Source of the DNA: Eubacteriales bacterium
GTDB lineage: Bacteria > Bacillota > Desulfotomaculia > Desulfotomaculales > Nap2-2B
DNA length: 64,000 bases
NCBI GenBank assembly: GCA_041653135.1
Contig: JBAZGB010000002.1
Location: forward strand, 24,838 to 88,837
Direction: 5' to 3'
Positions within the stretch are counted from its first letter, which is position 1. Every line of letters starts with the position of its first letter. Shown piece after piece: positions 55,949 to 64,000 of the stretch. The notes beneath the pieces are model-generated. The model saw only the letters and a program-made list of their open reading frames with translations, had not been told where the DNA came from and searched no databases. A program made the translations under genes and the position numbers.

Positions 55949-56878
55949 ATGAAAGGCCTGGAACTTTGCGAGAATTATTTTATAAAGCACGGGCTCCCGA
56001 TGATCAACCGGAAATTCGCCGGCTTCAAGGACAGGATAGCGGCGGGGCTTGTCGGCGACGGCTCGGAATGCTACGGATTTGACGATGAAATTTCCAGGGA
56101 CCACGACTGGGGTCCCTCCTTTTGCCTCTGGCTGACCAAAGACGACTTTGAACAGATCGGGCAGCAGCTGCAAAAAGAATACGACAACCTCCCCGATGAA
56201 TTCGAAGGGTTCAGCAGGATAGTCAGCGAATTTGGGGAGGGCAGAGTCGGAGTCTTTGAAATCGGCGAGTTTTACAAAAAGTTTATCGGCATTTCACATC
56301 TGCCCGAAAAATTAAACGAGTGGTTTCCCCTACCCGAAAGTTACCTGGCAGCCTGCACAAACGGCAAAGTCTTTTATGATCCCCTGGGCGAGTTTACTTA
56401 TTTCAGGAACAAGCTGCTGGAATTTTACCCGGAAGACATCAGGCTGAAGAAGATGGCCGCCAGGTGCATGGCCATAGCGCAGAACGGCCAGTACAACTAT
56501 ATGCGCTGCGCCAAAAGGCACGAATACGTCGCGGCCCGGTATGCCGAAAGCAAGTTCTACTCGGACGTAATTTCCCTTGTCTTCCTGATTAATAAAAGAT
56601 ATATGCCGTATTTTAAATGGATGCAAAGGGCTGTCCGGGACCTGCCCGTATTAGGAGAAAATATCTACCAGACGATCTTCAAGGCGGTGACCACGAGCGA
56701 CAGCGCTAAAAAATACCGCTTGATGGAAGATATCTGCAAAATCGTTATTGAAGAGTTAAGAAAAGAAAACTTGAGCGACAGCAAGAGCGAGTCCCTGCTG
56801 GATCACGGCCCGGCCATCCAGTCCGGGATCAAAGATCCCCGGCTGAAAAATGTAAGCGTCTGGCTGGGCGGACCCTAA
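55949..56878 (+). CDS. DUF4037-domain protein
   Basis: MKGLELCENYFIKHGLPMI...GLVGDGSECYGFDDEISRDHDWGP. ATG 55949 is preferred, because the track start 55904 lies inside the repeat element. Confidence 0.75.
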   Translation: MKGLELCENYFIKHGLPMINRKFAGFKDRIAAGLVGDGSECYGFDDEISRDHDWGPSFCLWLTKDDFEQIGQQLQKEYDNLPDEFEGFSRIVSEFGEGRVGVFEIGEFYKKFIGISHLPEKLNEWFPLPESYLAACTNGKVFYDPLGEFTYFRNKLLEFYPEDIRLKKMAARCMAIAQNGQYNYMRCAKRHEYVAARYAESKFYSDVISLVFLINKRYMPYFKWMQRAVRDLPVLGENIYQTIFKAVTTSDSAKKYRLMEDICKIVIEELRKENLSDSKSESLLDHGPAIQSGIKDPRLKNVSVWLGGP

Positions 56879-57963
56879 TTCATCCGCAATTTCCGGAAGG
56901 GCGCGATTAAAAGAGCCAGCAGCAGAATCAGCCCGGCATAGCCGAAAAGCGGATAGAGCAGCCGGACCAGAAAATTGAAATTCAGGCCGGCCAACGGTAT
57001 TGAAAGAAGGGTAGCTCCAATCCCCACCACCTTGTAACCTATTCCCCCCCCCGGAGCAAGGCGGCTGGCCAGTCCGTGCGCATCGGCAATGGTCGTTGTC
57101 AGCATGGCTATCCAGATCAGCACTCCGAGCACAAACTGCAGAATAAACCCCGCCGACCGCGAAATGAACAGGACGGGCACCTGGCAGTTCAGCACCGACG
57201 GGTAGAATGACAAACCCGCCAGGGTAATCCTCCCCGCCGTAACCCCAAGGATTCCCCCCCCCAGGGCGCCCCCGGCAATGCCTGTTTTAAACGGAACGGA
57301 TCTCCCCAAAGAAGACAGCAGAGCAACAGGAACGACCATGTTGTAGGAAACATACAGGATGCTCGACCAGCCCCAGTTTGCGGCTACCCTTTTGTATTCC
57401 AGAAGTTCCGGAAAAGGGCTGGGCAGGCCTCCCTGATGCTGGATGGCCAAAAACGACACGACCGCCAGAACGAGGATTTTTATAGGAACGAGAACGAGGT
57501 TGAAATTCAATATCCCCGGCAACCCTTTGATAAGTACAATGCAAGTTATTAAAACCGCCAGCATTGTACCCTGCCAGTTGGGCAGGCTCAACTGTTCGGC
57601 AAAAACCGCCCCGCTGCCTGCAAGCATGACCACAAGGCCGCCCGGGAGCATGATTAGGGTAAGCAGGTCCATCAGCCCGGCCGCCCGCTTTCCCATCAGG
57701 CACTGGAGCAGTTCAACATAGTTGGCCGTCCGCAGCTTCGTGGCCAAAAGCATGATCAGCGCTCCCAGGTAAACAAACAGCACGGTGGCCAGCGCTATCC
57801 CCCAGAGCCCCTTCGATCCAAAAACCATAAAAAACTGCATTAACTCCTGGCCGGAGGCAAAACCCGCGCCGATTACCGTGCCCGCATAGACCATGGCAAT
57901 TTTAAAAAGCAGCAGAGAACTTTTATTTTGCTCCAAAACAATCCCCCGGTTATGTTTATGCAA
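56875..57963 (-). CDS. YkvI-family membrane transporter-like protein
   Basis: MVYAGTVIGAGFASGQELMQFF with ~11 TM segments. An alternative start is TTG 57936 (RBS ggggga). Confidence 0.8.
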   Translation of the reverse strand: MHKHNRGIVLEQNKSSLLLFKIAMVYAGTVIGAGFASGQELMQFFMVFGSKGLWGIALATVLFVYLGALIMLLATKLRTANYVELLQCLMGKRAAGLMDLLTLIMLPGGLVVMLAGSGAVFAEQLSLPNWQGTMLAVLITCIVLIKGLPGILNFNLVLVPIKILVLAVVSFLAIQHQGGLPSPFPELLEYKRVAANWGWSSILYVSYNMVVPVALLSSLGRSVPFKTGIAGGALGGGILGVTAGRITLAGLSFYPSVLNCQVPVLFISRSAGFILQFVLGVLIWIAMLTTTIADAHGLASRLAPGGGIGYKVVGIGATLLSIPLAGLNFNFLVRLLYPLFGYAGLILLLALLIAPFRKLRMN

Positions 57964-58031
57964 AAAAGGAATATTTCAGGTTATCTTTGGAAATATTATT
58001 TAATAGTTTTGTTTAAAGGAGGATCTTATTT

Positions 58032-58658
58032 TTGGAGGGTCTTGATTTGAATCAAAAAGCCGAAACAGCAAATACCCGGACCAAGTTACACCTGGAGGAT
58101 CCTCTCGCGGCCATCAAATTCGGCTGGGACCTGGCCAGCAGGCTGAACGGGAACGCCGCCTTGAACAACTCCCCCAAAATACTGCTTTGCATCGGAACCG
58201 ACCGTTCAACAGGGGATTGTCTCGGCCCTCTGGTGGGGAGCAAACTTTCCGCCATCGAGCAGGATTACTTCGATGTTTACGGCACGCTGGACAAACCGGT
58301 ACACGCCAGCAACCTGGAGCAAAGGCTGGAAGAAATCCGGAAAACTTATGAAAACCCGTTTATAATCGCAATCGACGCCTGCCTGGGCAACCAGGAAAAC
58401 GTCGGCTGCATTAATATAGGTAATGGTTCTTTACAGCCCGGGGCCGGGGTTAACAAAAACCTCCCCCCGGTGGGAGAAATCCATATCACCGGAGTCGTCA
58501 ACATAGGCGGGTTTATGGAATACCTTGTTCTCCAGAACACCCGGCTGAATCTTGTCATGAGCATGGCCGATCTTATCGTTCAGGGCATCATGCAGGCGAT
58601 AAACCATTGTTCGGGAGAAGAACTGGTCAGGGAAGTCAGCATAACCCAGGATAATTAA
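58032..58658 (+). CDS. yyaC: Spore protease YyaC
   Basis: ILLCIGTDRSTGDCLGPLVGSKL...IAIDACLG, the YyaC/GPR-like signature. RBS aaaggagga. Confidence 0.85.
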   Translation: MEGLDLNQKAETANTRTKLHLEDPLAAIKFGWDLASRLNGNAALNNSPKILLCIGTDRSTGDCLGPLVGSKLSAIEQDYFDVYGTLDKPVHASNLEQRLEEIRKTYENPFIIAIDACLGNQENVGCINIGNGSLQPGAGVNKNLPPVGEIHITGVVNIGGFMEYLVLQNTRLNLVMSMADLIVQGIMQAINHCSGEELVREVSITQDN

Positions 58659-58741
58659 AAAAATACCGGACACACCAGCAAAAAGGAGTCAGGCAATAAA
58701 AAGCCTGGCTCCTTCCTCCACATAGAGCTGAATCTTCAGTT

Positions 58742-58978
58742 TTACAGCCAATCCATTTCCCTTAGATTGCTCAAAATTTCTTCAGGAGTTTTCCCGTCAG
58801 CTTCAATTACAGGAACTTCAGTCATAATATCCTGCATGCCCATCACATCGTCGTCCATACCGCTGATTACGTATGCGTCCGCATCCTCCTGCCCGGTAAA
58901 CTTGACTACCTTATAGCCGGACTTTTCCAGATAATCCTTGACATTTCCCAGGGTGTCCTCAACAGCAATTGTCTTCAA
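58742..58978 (-). CDS. ykuS: YkuS-family (UPF0180) protein
   Basis: TTG 58978 after RBS ggaggtg. LKTIAVEDTLGNVKDYLEKSGYKVV...DAYVISGMD. The track start 59038 adds 20 implausible residues. Confidence 0.75.
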   Translation of the reverse strand: MKTIAVEDTLGNVKDYLEKSGYKVVKFTGQEDADAYVISGMDDDVMGMQDIMTEVPVIEADGKTPEEILSNLREMDWL

Positions 58979-59048
58979 TACTGCACCTCCGAATGTAATC
59001 TTGTTTAAACTAGAAAATAGTATAAACAAAAGTTTCATTATTATCCCT

Positions 59049-59696
59049 TTACAGGCGCAAGGCGGACAATTCCCTGAGCAGCTGAATGACTTCTTCGTCG
59101 CTGACCTGTGAAAAATCCATGTAAAACTGCCCCACGGCGTAAAAAACCGGCGGGGTGACGAGGCAGATTACTTCGTCAACTTCACTTCTCAACGCGTCAA
59201 GCGTATCGGTGGGCGCCACCGGAACCGCCAGAATCAATTTCTTCAAGGAAAACATTTTTCTTACCGAACGCAAAGCCGCCATCACGGTATAACCCGTGGC
59301 TATGCCATCATCGACCAGGACCACCTGCTTGTTGTCATAGGACGGATAATCTTCCTGTCCCCGGTACATTTTCATCCGGCGGCGGATTTCTTCAACCTGT
59401 TCGGCGATAACGTCCTGCAAATCATTTTCTTTAAGGCCCAGCATCTTCAAAACGCTGTGATTGTAAATCGCTGTCCCGTCCTGGGCAACTGCGCCCACAG
59501 CCGCCTCCGGATTGTGAAAGGTCCCTATTTTACGGGGAATTATAAGATCAAGAGGAGCCTTCAGGATGCGGGCTACCTGAGCCCCGACCACAACACCCCC
59601 GCGGGGTATGGCTAAAACGACGCCGTCATCGAAAGAAATTTTCTGAATAGCTTGTGCAAGCATTGTCCCTGCTTCAATCCTGTCCCGGAAAACCAT
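59049..59696 (-). CDS. Phosphoribosyltransferase-family protein
   Basis: 215 aa with the PRPP-binding loop VVLVDDGIATGYT. Confidence 0.85.
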   Translation of the reverse strand: MVFRDRIEAGTMLAQAIQKISFDDGVVLAIPRGGVVVGAQVARILKAPLDLIIPRKIGTFHNPEAAVGAVAQDGTAIYNHSVLKMLGLKENDLQDVIAEQVEEIRRRMKMYRGQEDYPSYDNKQVVLVDDGIATGYTVMAALRSVRKMFSLKKLILAVPVAPTDTLDALRSEVDEVICLVTPPVFYAVGQFYMDFSQVSDEEVIQLLRELSALRL

Positions 59697-59743
59697 CAGC
59701 CCATTACCCCCCTTAAAGTTTTTTACAATAAAAGCTTATCAAA

Positions 59744-60685
59744 CTAAGCAAAATAACCTGTGATATAGATTACAGCCAGAATAACAACCAGGCTGCCCAG
59801 GATGGTAATTATCAGCCGCTCCGGCAAAAACTTCTGCAGATAGGCGCCCGAATATGTGCCTAAAAAACCGCCCAAACCGAACAAAACTCCTAAAAACCAG
59901 TCAGGCGCAGGATTGCCCTGCAGTTTTGTTGAGAAAAAAAAGAAATAATAGCTGGCTATACCCGCTATTGATGTTAAAAAGTTGCTCGTCAGTGTCGACC
60001 CCGCTATTGTATAGACTGGCAGCTTAAAAACAGAAACGCAGACAGGGGCGATAAATGCGGCCCCGCTAATCCCGTAAACGCCTCCGACCAGCCCCACCGC
60101 CAGAGCTGTTCCAAAAAGTATTAGGGGATTGAAAGAATATGTTTCTCCCCAAAAATCATAATGAATCCTTTTGAATGATACCAGGACGGTTTTAATCGCC
60201 TGCCCCGGAGGAATTCCGGACACGAGTTTACCGCCCGGATGTTTTTTTATCCTGTCCAGGAACTTATTTTCCAATACACCCGTCCCGCGTCCCATCCTGG
60301 AGTTAAAAAGCTGGTAAGCGCCCAAACAAAGCAGCACAACGCCCATAAAGAGCTTAAAAGTTTTTGGGTCCGGCAAAAAAACGACTCTAATCCAGGCGCC
60401 TGCAAATACCCCGGGAATGGTCCCCGAGACAATGACCCAGGTAAGAGGCCAGTTCATCCGCCCCTCCCTCAGGAAACGAAACATCCCGCCAGGCGACGCC
60501 ACAAGGTTGCAGATGAAATTGGTCGGAGTTGCAGCCGGGCTTGTATAACCCAGCACGCTTACCATAAAGGGCAATATTAAAAAGGTGCCGGAAATTCCGG
60601 CGGCAGTCGTTAAAGAAGAGATAACAAATGCTACCGCCGGCGGGACTAAGGGTGAAACATGGACACCGGACACGGGAAAAAACAT
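59744..60685 (-). CDS. TauE/SafE-family sulfite/anion exporter
   Basis: 313 aa, ~8 TM segments, duplicated 4-TM architecture with G-rich helices. Confidence 0.85.
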   Translation of the reverse strand: MFFPVSGVHVSPLVPPAVAFVISSLTTAAGISGTFLILPFMVSVLGYTSPAATPTNFICNLVASPGGMFRFLREGRMNWPLTWVIVSGTIPGVFAGAWIRVVFLPDPKTFKLFMGVVLLCLGAYQLFNSRMGRGTGVLENKFLDRIKKHPGGKLVSGIPPGQAIKTVLVSFKRIHYDFWGETYSFNPLILFGTALAVGLVGGVYGISGAAFIAPVCVSVFKLPVYTIAGSTLTSNFLTSIAGIASYYFFFFSTKLQGNPAPDWFLGVLFGLGGFLGTYSGAYLQKFLPERLIITILGSLVVILAVIYITGYFA

Positions 60686-60707
60686 GGTTTATTACCCCTG
60701 TTCATGG

Positions 60708-61790
60708 TCAAAAGCCAAAAGAAGTCTGATTCCTTTTCTTCTCCTGGTGTTTTTCAAGAGCCAAATCGACAAGCCGGTCCAGCAATTCCGTAAAACCTAT
60801 CCCGCTCAGTTCCCAAAGCTTCGGATACATGCTGAAACGGGTAAATCCCGGAATTGTGTTAATTTCATTTACATAAACCTGGCCGCTTCCTCTGGCAATA
60901 AAAAAGTCTACCCGGGCCATGCCCGCGCAGTCTATTGATTTGAAGGCGGCAACGGCCAGTTCCCGGACAGTCCTGGCAGTTTCATCCGGTATTTCGGCGG
61001 GCGCCTTCCAGTTTGAAAGGCCGTCCCTGTACTTTGCCTCATAATCGTAATATTCCTTAAGAGAAAATACCTCTCCGGGAACAGACGCAACCGGATCATC
61101 ATTACCCAGCACGCTTACTTCTATCTCCCTGCCGTCGATAAATTCCTCGACGATTGCTTTCCGGTCATATTTTAAGGCCAGGTCAAAGGCGTCAATAAGC
61201 TCCTGACGGTCGTGGGCCTTGGATATCCCCACGCTGGAACCCAGATTGGCGGGTTTGACAAACAAGGGATAAGTAAAATTTCTTTCCACTTCGCCGATCA
61301 CAAAATCACTTTTTCTTTCCCATTCGCTGCGCAGGCAATGCCAGAAGCGGGCTTGCGGGATGCCCTCCTGGGCGAAGACTTTTTTCATGATAACCTTATC
61401 CATCCCTACGGCGGAAGCCAAAACACCGCCCCCGACATAAGGCAGTTCCGCCATTTCAAGAAGACCCTGGACAGTGCCGTCCTCGCCATAGGTCCCGTGA
61501 AGGACCGGAAATACCAGATCAACCTCGTTAACTAAGCCGGCGCTTTCCTGAAAAGTTTCAGTTTGAACCAGCCCTTTTAGAAAAGGGTCGCCAAGCAAAG
61601 CTACCGGCACGCCTTTATCCTTATTGTTCAAAACATCAGGAGCGCCTGTGCTTTTGAGCCATCTTCCGTCTTTGCCGATGTTAACGGGAATCACTTCATA
61701 TTTTTGCCTGTCCAAAGCGTTTAATACAGCAGAACCGGACTGGACGGAAACCTCATGCTCCCCCGAACGTCCGCCAAACAAAACCAGCAC
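60708..61790 (-). CDS. ddl: D-alanine--D-alanine ligase
   Basis: VLFGGRSGEHEVSVQS..., an ATP-grasp core, and ...EINTIPGFT. See the finding on its start codon; the homologous N-terminus continues upstream to an ATA at 61811. Confidence 0.93.
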   Translation of the reverse strand: MLVLFGGRSGEHEVSVQSGSAVLNALDRQKYEVIPVNIGKDGRWLKSTGAPDVLNNKDKGVPVALLGDPFLKGLVQTETFQESAGLVNEVDLVFPVLHGTYGEDGTVQGLLEMAELPYVGGGVLASAVGMDKVIMKKVFAQEGIPQARFWHCLRSEWERKSDFVIGEVERNFTYPLFVKPANLGSSVGISKAHDRQELIDAFDLALKYDRKAIVEEFIDGREIEVSVLGNDDPVASVPGEVFSLKEYYDYEAKYRDGLSNWKAPAEIPDETARTVRELAVAAFKSIDCAGMARVDFFIARGSGQVYVNEINTIPGFTRFSMYPKLWELSGIGFTELLDRLVDLALEKHQEKKRNQTSFGF

Positions 61791-61913
61791 CCGCAGCTTT
61801 TTTCTGTCTATTCAAAACGCCCCCCGTTGTTATTATTATTTCAAAAAATATCTATTCACATTTTCTTCTTCTAAAACTTTATTTAAAAATGAGTACCGCT
61901 TGTTTACCCAGAC

Positions 61914-61943
61914 TTGTCCAGTAAAGATTGCCCGTGGTAGAAT
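61914..61943 (+). promoter_or_regulatory. Putative extended -10 promoter of the 62066 gene
   Basis: TTGTCC (61914-61919), an 18-nt spacer ending in TGg, TAGAAT (61938-61943). This implies a ~120-nt leader containing an AT-rich hairpin. Confidence 0.4.
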
Positions 61944-62065
61944 ATTCTATAGGTTGGCCCGTCCTTGGTATTAAAGAAGAAAAAAAGTGCAAGACTGTTT
62001 AAAAGGCCCCTTTTTTTAACAGCTGATAACCGCATTCAGATATACTTTCGGAAAGGACATGCGGC

Positions 62066-62440
62066 ATGCAGGTTTACCAATTTCCTTCAATTGAAGATCA
62101 AGAAGTAATCAGGACGGCAGTTGAAGTTTTTTTAAATACGCAAACCGGTTCGGCAAGAAACAGAATGCTGAAAACAATACGCGCTGTCCTTGACCGGTAT
62201 CGGATATCACGGTTCGGTTTCTCTGATTATACCGTGGAAGCGACAAAAATGCCAGGATTTTGTACCGTTAAGGCGAGGAACCTCGTTTCCGGCTACAACT
62301 GCCCCTGGTGCGGAGAAATGCTTTACGGCCTGCAGAGCAAGGTAAGAATACTGAGCATCCAGGAGCGCCTGAACAACCACCTGGTGACTTACGGCTGCAG
62401 GTGCGGAAAAATATTTGCCAAGTACGAAAACCTTGACTGA
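62066..62440 (+). CDS. Hypothetical protein with a C-terminal Cys4 zinc-ribbon-like motif
   Basis: 124-aa ORF with CPWC...CRC. No family recognised. Confidence 0.55.
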   Translation: MQVYQFPSIEDQEVIRTAVEVFLNTQTGSARNRMLKTIRAVLDRYRISRFGFSDYTVEATKMPGFCTVKARNLVSGYNCPWCGEMLYGLQSKVRILSIQERLNNHLVTYGCRCGKIFAKYENLD

Positions 62441-62521
62441 TCTTCTTAGCTAAGCCCGCCACTGTGTTGACAACTAATTTTTGCTATGGTAGCATCATAA
62501 GTGCAGATTTAAAAAAGATGC

Positions 62522-62608
62522 GCCGAAGTGGCGGAATTGGCAGACGCAGCGGACTCAAAATCCGCCGGTGGCAACATCGTGGGGGTTCAACTCCCCCCTT
62601 CGGCACCA
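62522..62608 (+). tRNA. tRNA-Leu (anticodon CAA), class II with long variable arm, CCA encoded
   Basis: I folded it by hand. Acceptor stem GCCGAAG/CTTCGGC, anticodon stem GCGGA/TCCGC with loop CTCAAAA, T arm GGGGG-TTCAACT-CCCCC, discriminator A, then CCA. Confidence 0.95.
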
Positions 62609-62618
62609 TAATTTGTCC

Positions 62619-62646
62619 AAAAACCCTTGTGCCACAAGGGTTTTTG
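62619..62646 (+). terminator. Rho-independent terminator after tRNA-Leu
   Basis: AAACCCTTGTG-c-CACAAGGGTTT followed by a T-run. Confidence 0.7.
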
Positions 62647-62697
62647 AGGTCTTTATAGAGATTTTTCATTGATCATTTTAAAATATACCCTAGGAAA

Positions 62698-62830
62698 TGG
62701 ACAGCAGGGGTTTTTAAAACCCTTTATATTGGACAGGTGGAGTTTTTGAAACCCCTTCATTTTGGACAGGTGGATTTTCGAAACCCTTAATCTCGGACAA
62801 ATAACGGTTTTGATTCCAATTCAGACAGGT
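62698..62830 (+). repeat. Four tandem 31-33-bp repeats (TGGACAGGTGGAGTTTTTGAAACCCC...) forming the left-end region of the first IS3-family element
   Basis: Units at 62698-62729, 62730-62762 and 62763-62793, plus a degenerate unit at 62794-62823. Each starts (T/C)GGACA and the first three contain a GGGTTT..AAACCC palindrome. Confidence 0.85.
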
Positions 62831-62867
62831 ATTACAATAAAACTGAGTTGAATTGGAGGAAGGCCGC

Positions 62868-63809
62868 ATGGCTAACAAGAAATTTACTGAAGAAGAAATG
62901 AATCATCTCCGAGCAAGTCCTTATGTTTTGGATGTAAGTCCCAGTATTGTGCATTTTTCAGCCAAATTTAAGGAACTGTTTTGGAATTCAATACAAGAAA
63001 GAAAAGAGCCGCGAGATATTATTATTGAACTCGGCATCGATCCGGATATTCTTGGCATAAATCGTGTAAATGGATTGAAGAGTATGATACGAAATGAAGT
63101 TCGGGCCGGGAAAGGGTTTAGAGACTTAAAAACATACGGGTCATATCTCAAAGACTACACAGATCCAGAAGCCAAAGTAAAATACCTTGAACAGCAACTA
63201 GCATATAAAGATCAGGAAATAGAGTTTCTAAAAAAAAATTGTGTCTTTAGGCCGGGAGGATGCGGAATCATGAATGTCCCCGCATCTGCCAAATATGCAA
63301 TCATTCGCGAGATGACACAGCGAGACAACAATTTACTGAATATTGCTTGGCTGTGCGCGGCTGCCGGTGTTTCGCGATCCGGATACTACCATTACCTTGA
63401 TACGGAAGACCTGAGACGGCAGCGCGAGGAGCAAGATCAAAAGAACTTCCTGATCGTTTTGGAGGCTTACAAGTTTCGCGGCTACAAAAAAGGAGCCCGC
63501 GGTATTTACATGCGGCTTCTTCATATGGATCCTCCGGTGCACATGAACATTAAGAAGATCCGACGCTTGATGAAGAAATATGGACTTTTCTGTCCTATTC
63601 GCAAGGCAAATCCGTACCGGAGAATGGCCAAAGCACTAAGAACCAGCAATGTTGCCCCCAACCTGCTGAACCGGGAATTTGAAACACACGGTCCCCGTGC
63701 TGTTCTTCTGACGGATATTACATACATCATTAACGGGAAGGCGCCACGATGCTATATGTCTACTATCATCGACGCCTGTACAAAAGAGTTGCTCGCATGG
63801 GTACTATAG
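62868..63809 (+). mobile_element. IS3-family transposase (fused OrfAB-type frame), 3' end cut off by insertion of a second IS
   Basis: MANKKFTEEEMNHLRASPYVLDV... (HTH), a leucine zipper ..YLEQQLAYKDQEIEFLKK, then OrfB-type ..CAAAGVSRSGYYHYL.. and the first DDE aspartate context (VLLTDITYI). The frame ends abruptly (..ELLAWVL-TAG) at the IS junction. Confidence 0.8.
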
Positions 63810-64000
63810 TGGACCCAGGAAACTAGACAACAAAAACGGTTAATTTAAGATACAATATCAACATGAGAAAACATTATACAGATGCCTTCAAGGCCCAGAT
63901 GGTGCGAGAAATGCTAAAGGAAGAAAAAACAATCACCCAACTCGCATCGGAATACGGGATTCATCCTACACAGCTTCATAAGTGGAAGGCCATGGCCATC
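63810..64000 (+). mobile_element. Left end of a second IS3-family element nested in the first (IRL TGGACCCAGG..., orfA from ATG 63863, runs off the window)
   Basis: orfA begins MRKHYTDAFKAQMVREMLKEEKTITQLASEYGIHPTQLHKWKAMAI (IS3/IS911-type HTH). The terminus starts TGGAC, like the repeats at 62698-62830. Confidence 0.7.

Noticed and set aside
62698-62830. CRISPR array
   Set aside because: The repeats are directly abutting, with no spacers between them. They are degenerate and sit at the terminus of an IS element.

Overview
This is a 64-kb chromosomal segment from an endospore-forming Firmicute. Gene content and order resemble Peptococcaceae / Desulfotomaculum-Pelotomaculum-type clostridia, but that placement is inference only. 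Most of the window is conserved housekeeping and sporulation DNA. It holds the 5' part of valS, a gerA-family germinant-receptor operon, spoVR, an MscS channel, a TetR-phasin-ABC1 kinase operon and a PBP2B/SpoVD-class transpeptidase. It also holds the conserved neighbourhood ftsK-rodZ-rimO ... cinA-recA-rny-ymdB-spoVS, then uppP, tepA-ylzJ, argCJBDF, an M18 aminopeptidase, cvpA, yyaC, ykuS and ddl. The window ends with tRNA-Leu(CAA) followed by two nested IS3-family elements. I saw no rRNA, no CRISPR array and no recognisable defence island; the only such module is a ParE/RelE-Phd toxin-antitoxin pair. Four things stand out. (1) Consecutive minus-strand genes at 3-9 kb carry in-frame TAG codons after which the frame still looks coding, although TAG is a genuine stop for spoVS and rny. 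(2) Gene relics are unusually dense: a ger-operon ghost, dxs and HD-domain fragments, a surface-protein fragment, a YD-repeat fragment, a truncated element-like ORF, and a sensor kinase lacking its His-phosphotransfer domain. (3) A dispersed repeat family with a GGGGACGG core, often beside a TTGACA-N7-TTGACA module, occurs at several loci; the copy at 55.5-55.9 kb forms a gene-less, highly structured MITE/PATE-like composite. (4) Several small regulatory signals are visible: tandem ARG boxes on the argC promoter, a palindromic operator at the TetR promoter, a long rny leader with a terminator-like hairpin, and a perfect 17-bp tandem duplication in front of recA. All coordinates and translations come from my own reading of the sequence and the supplied ORF track. 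No database search was possible.
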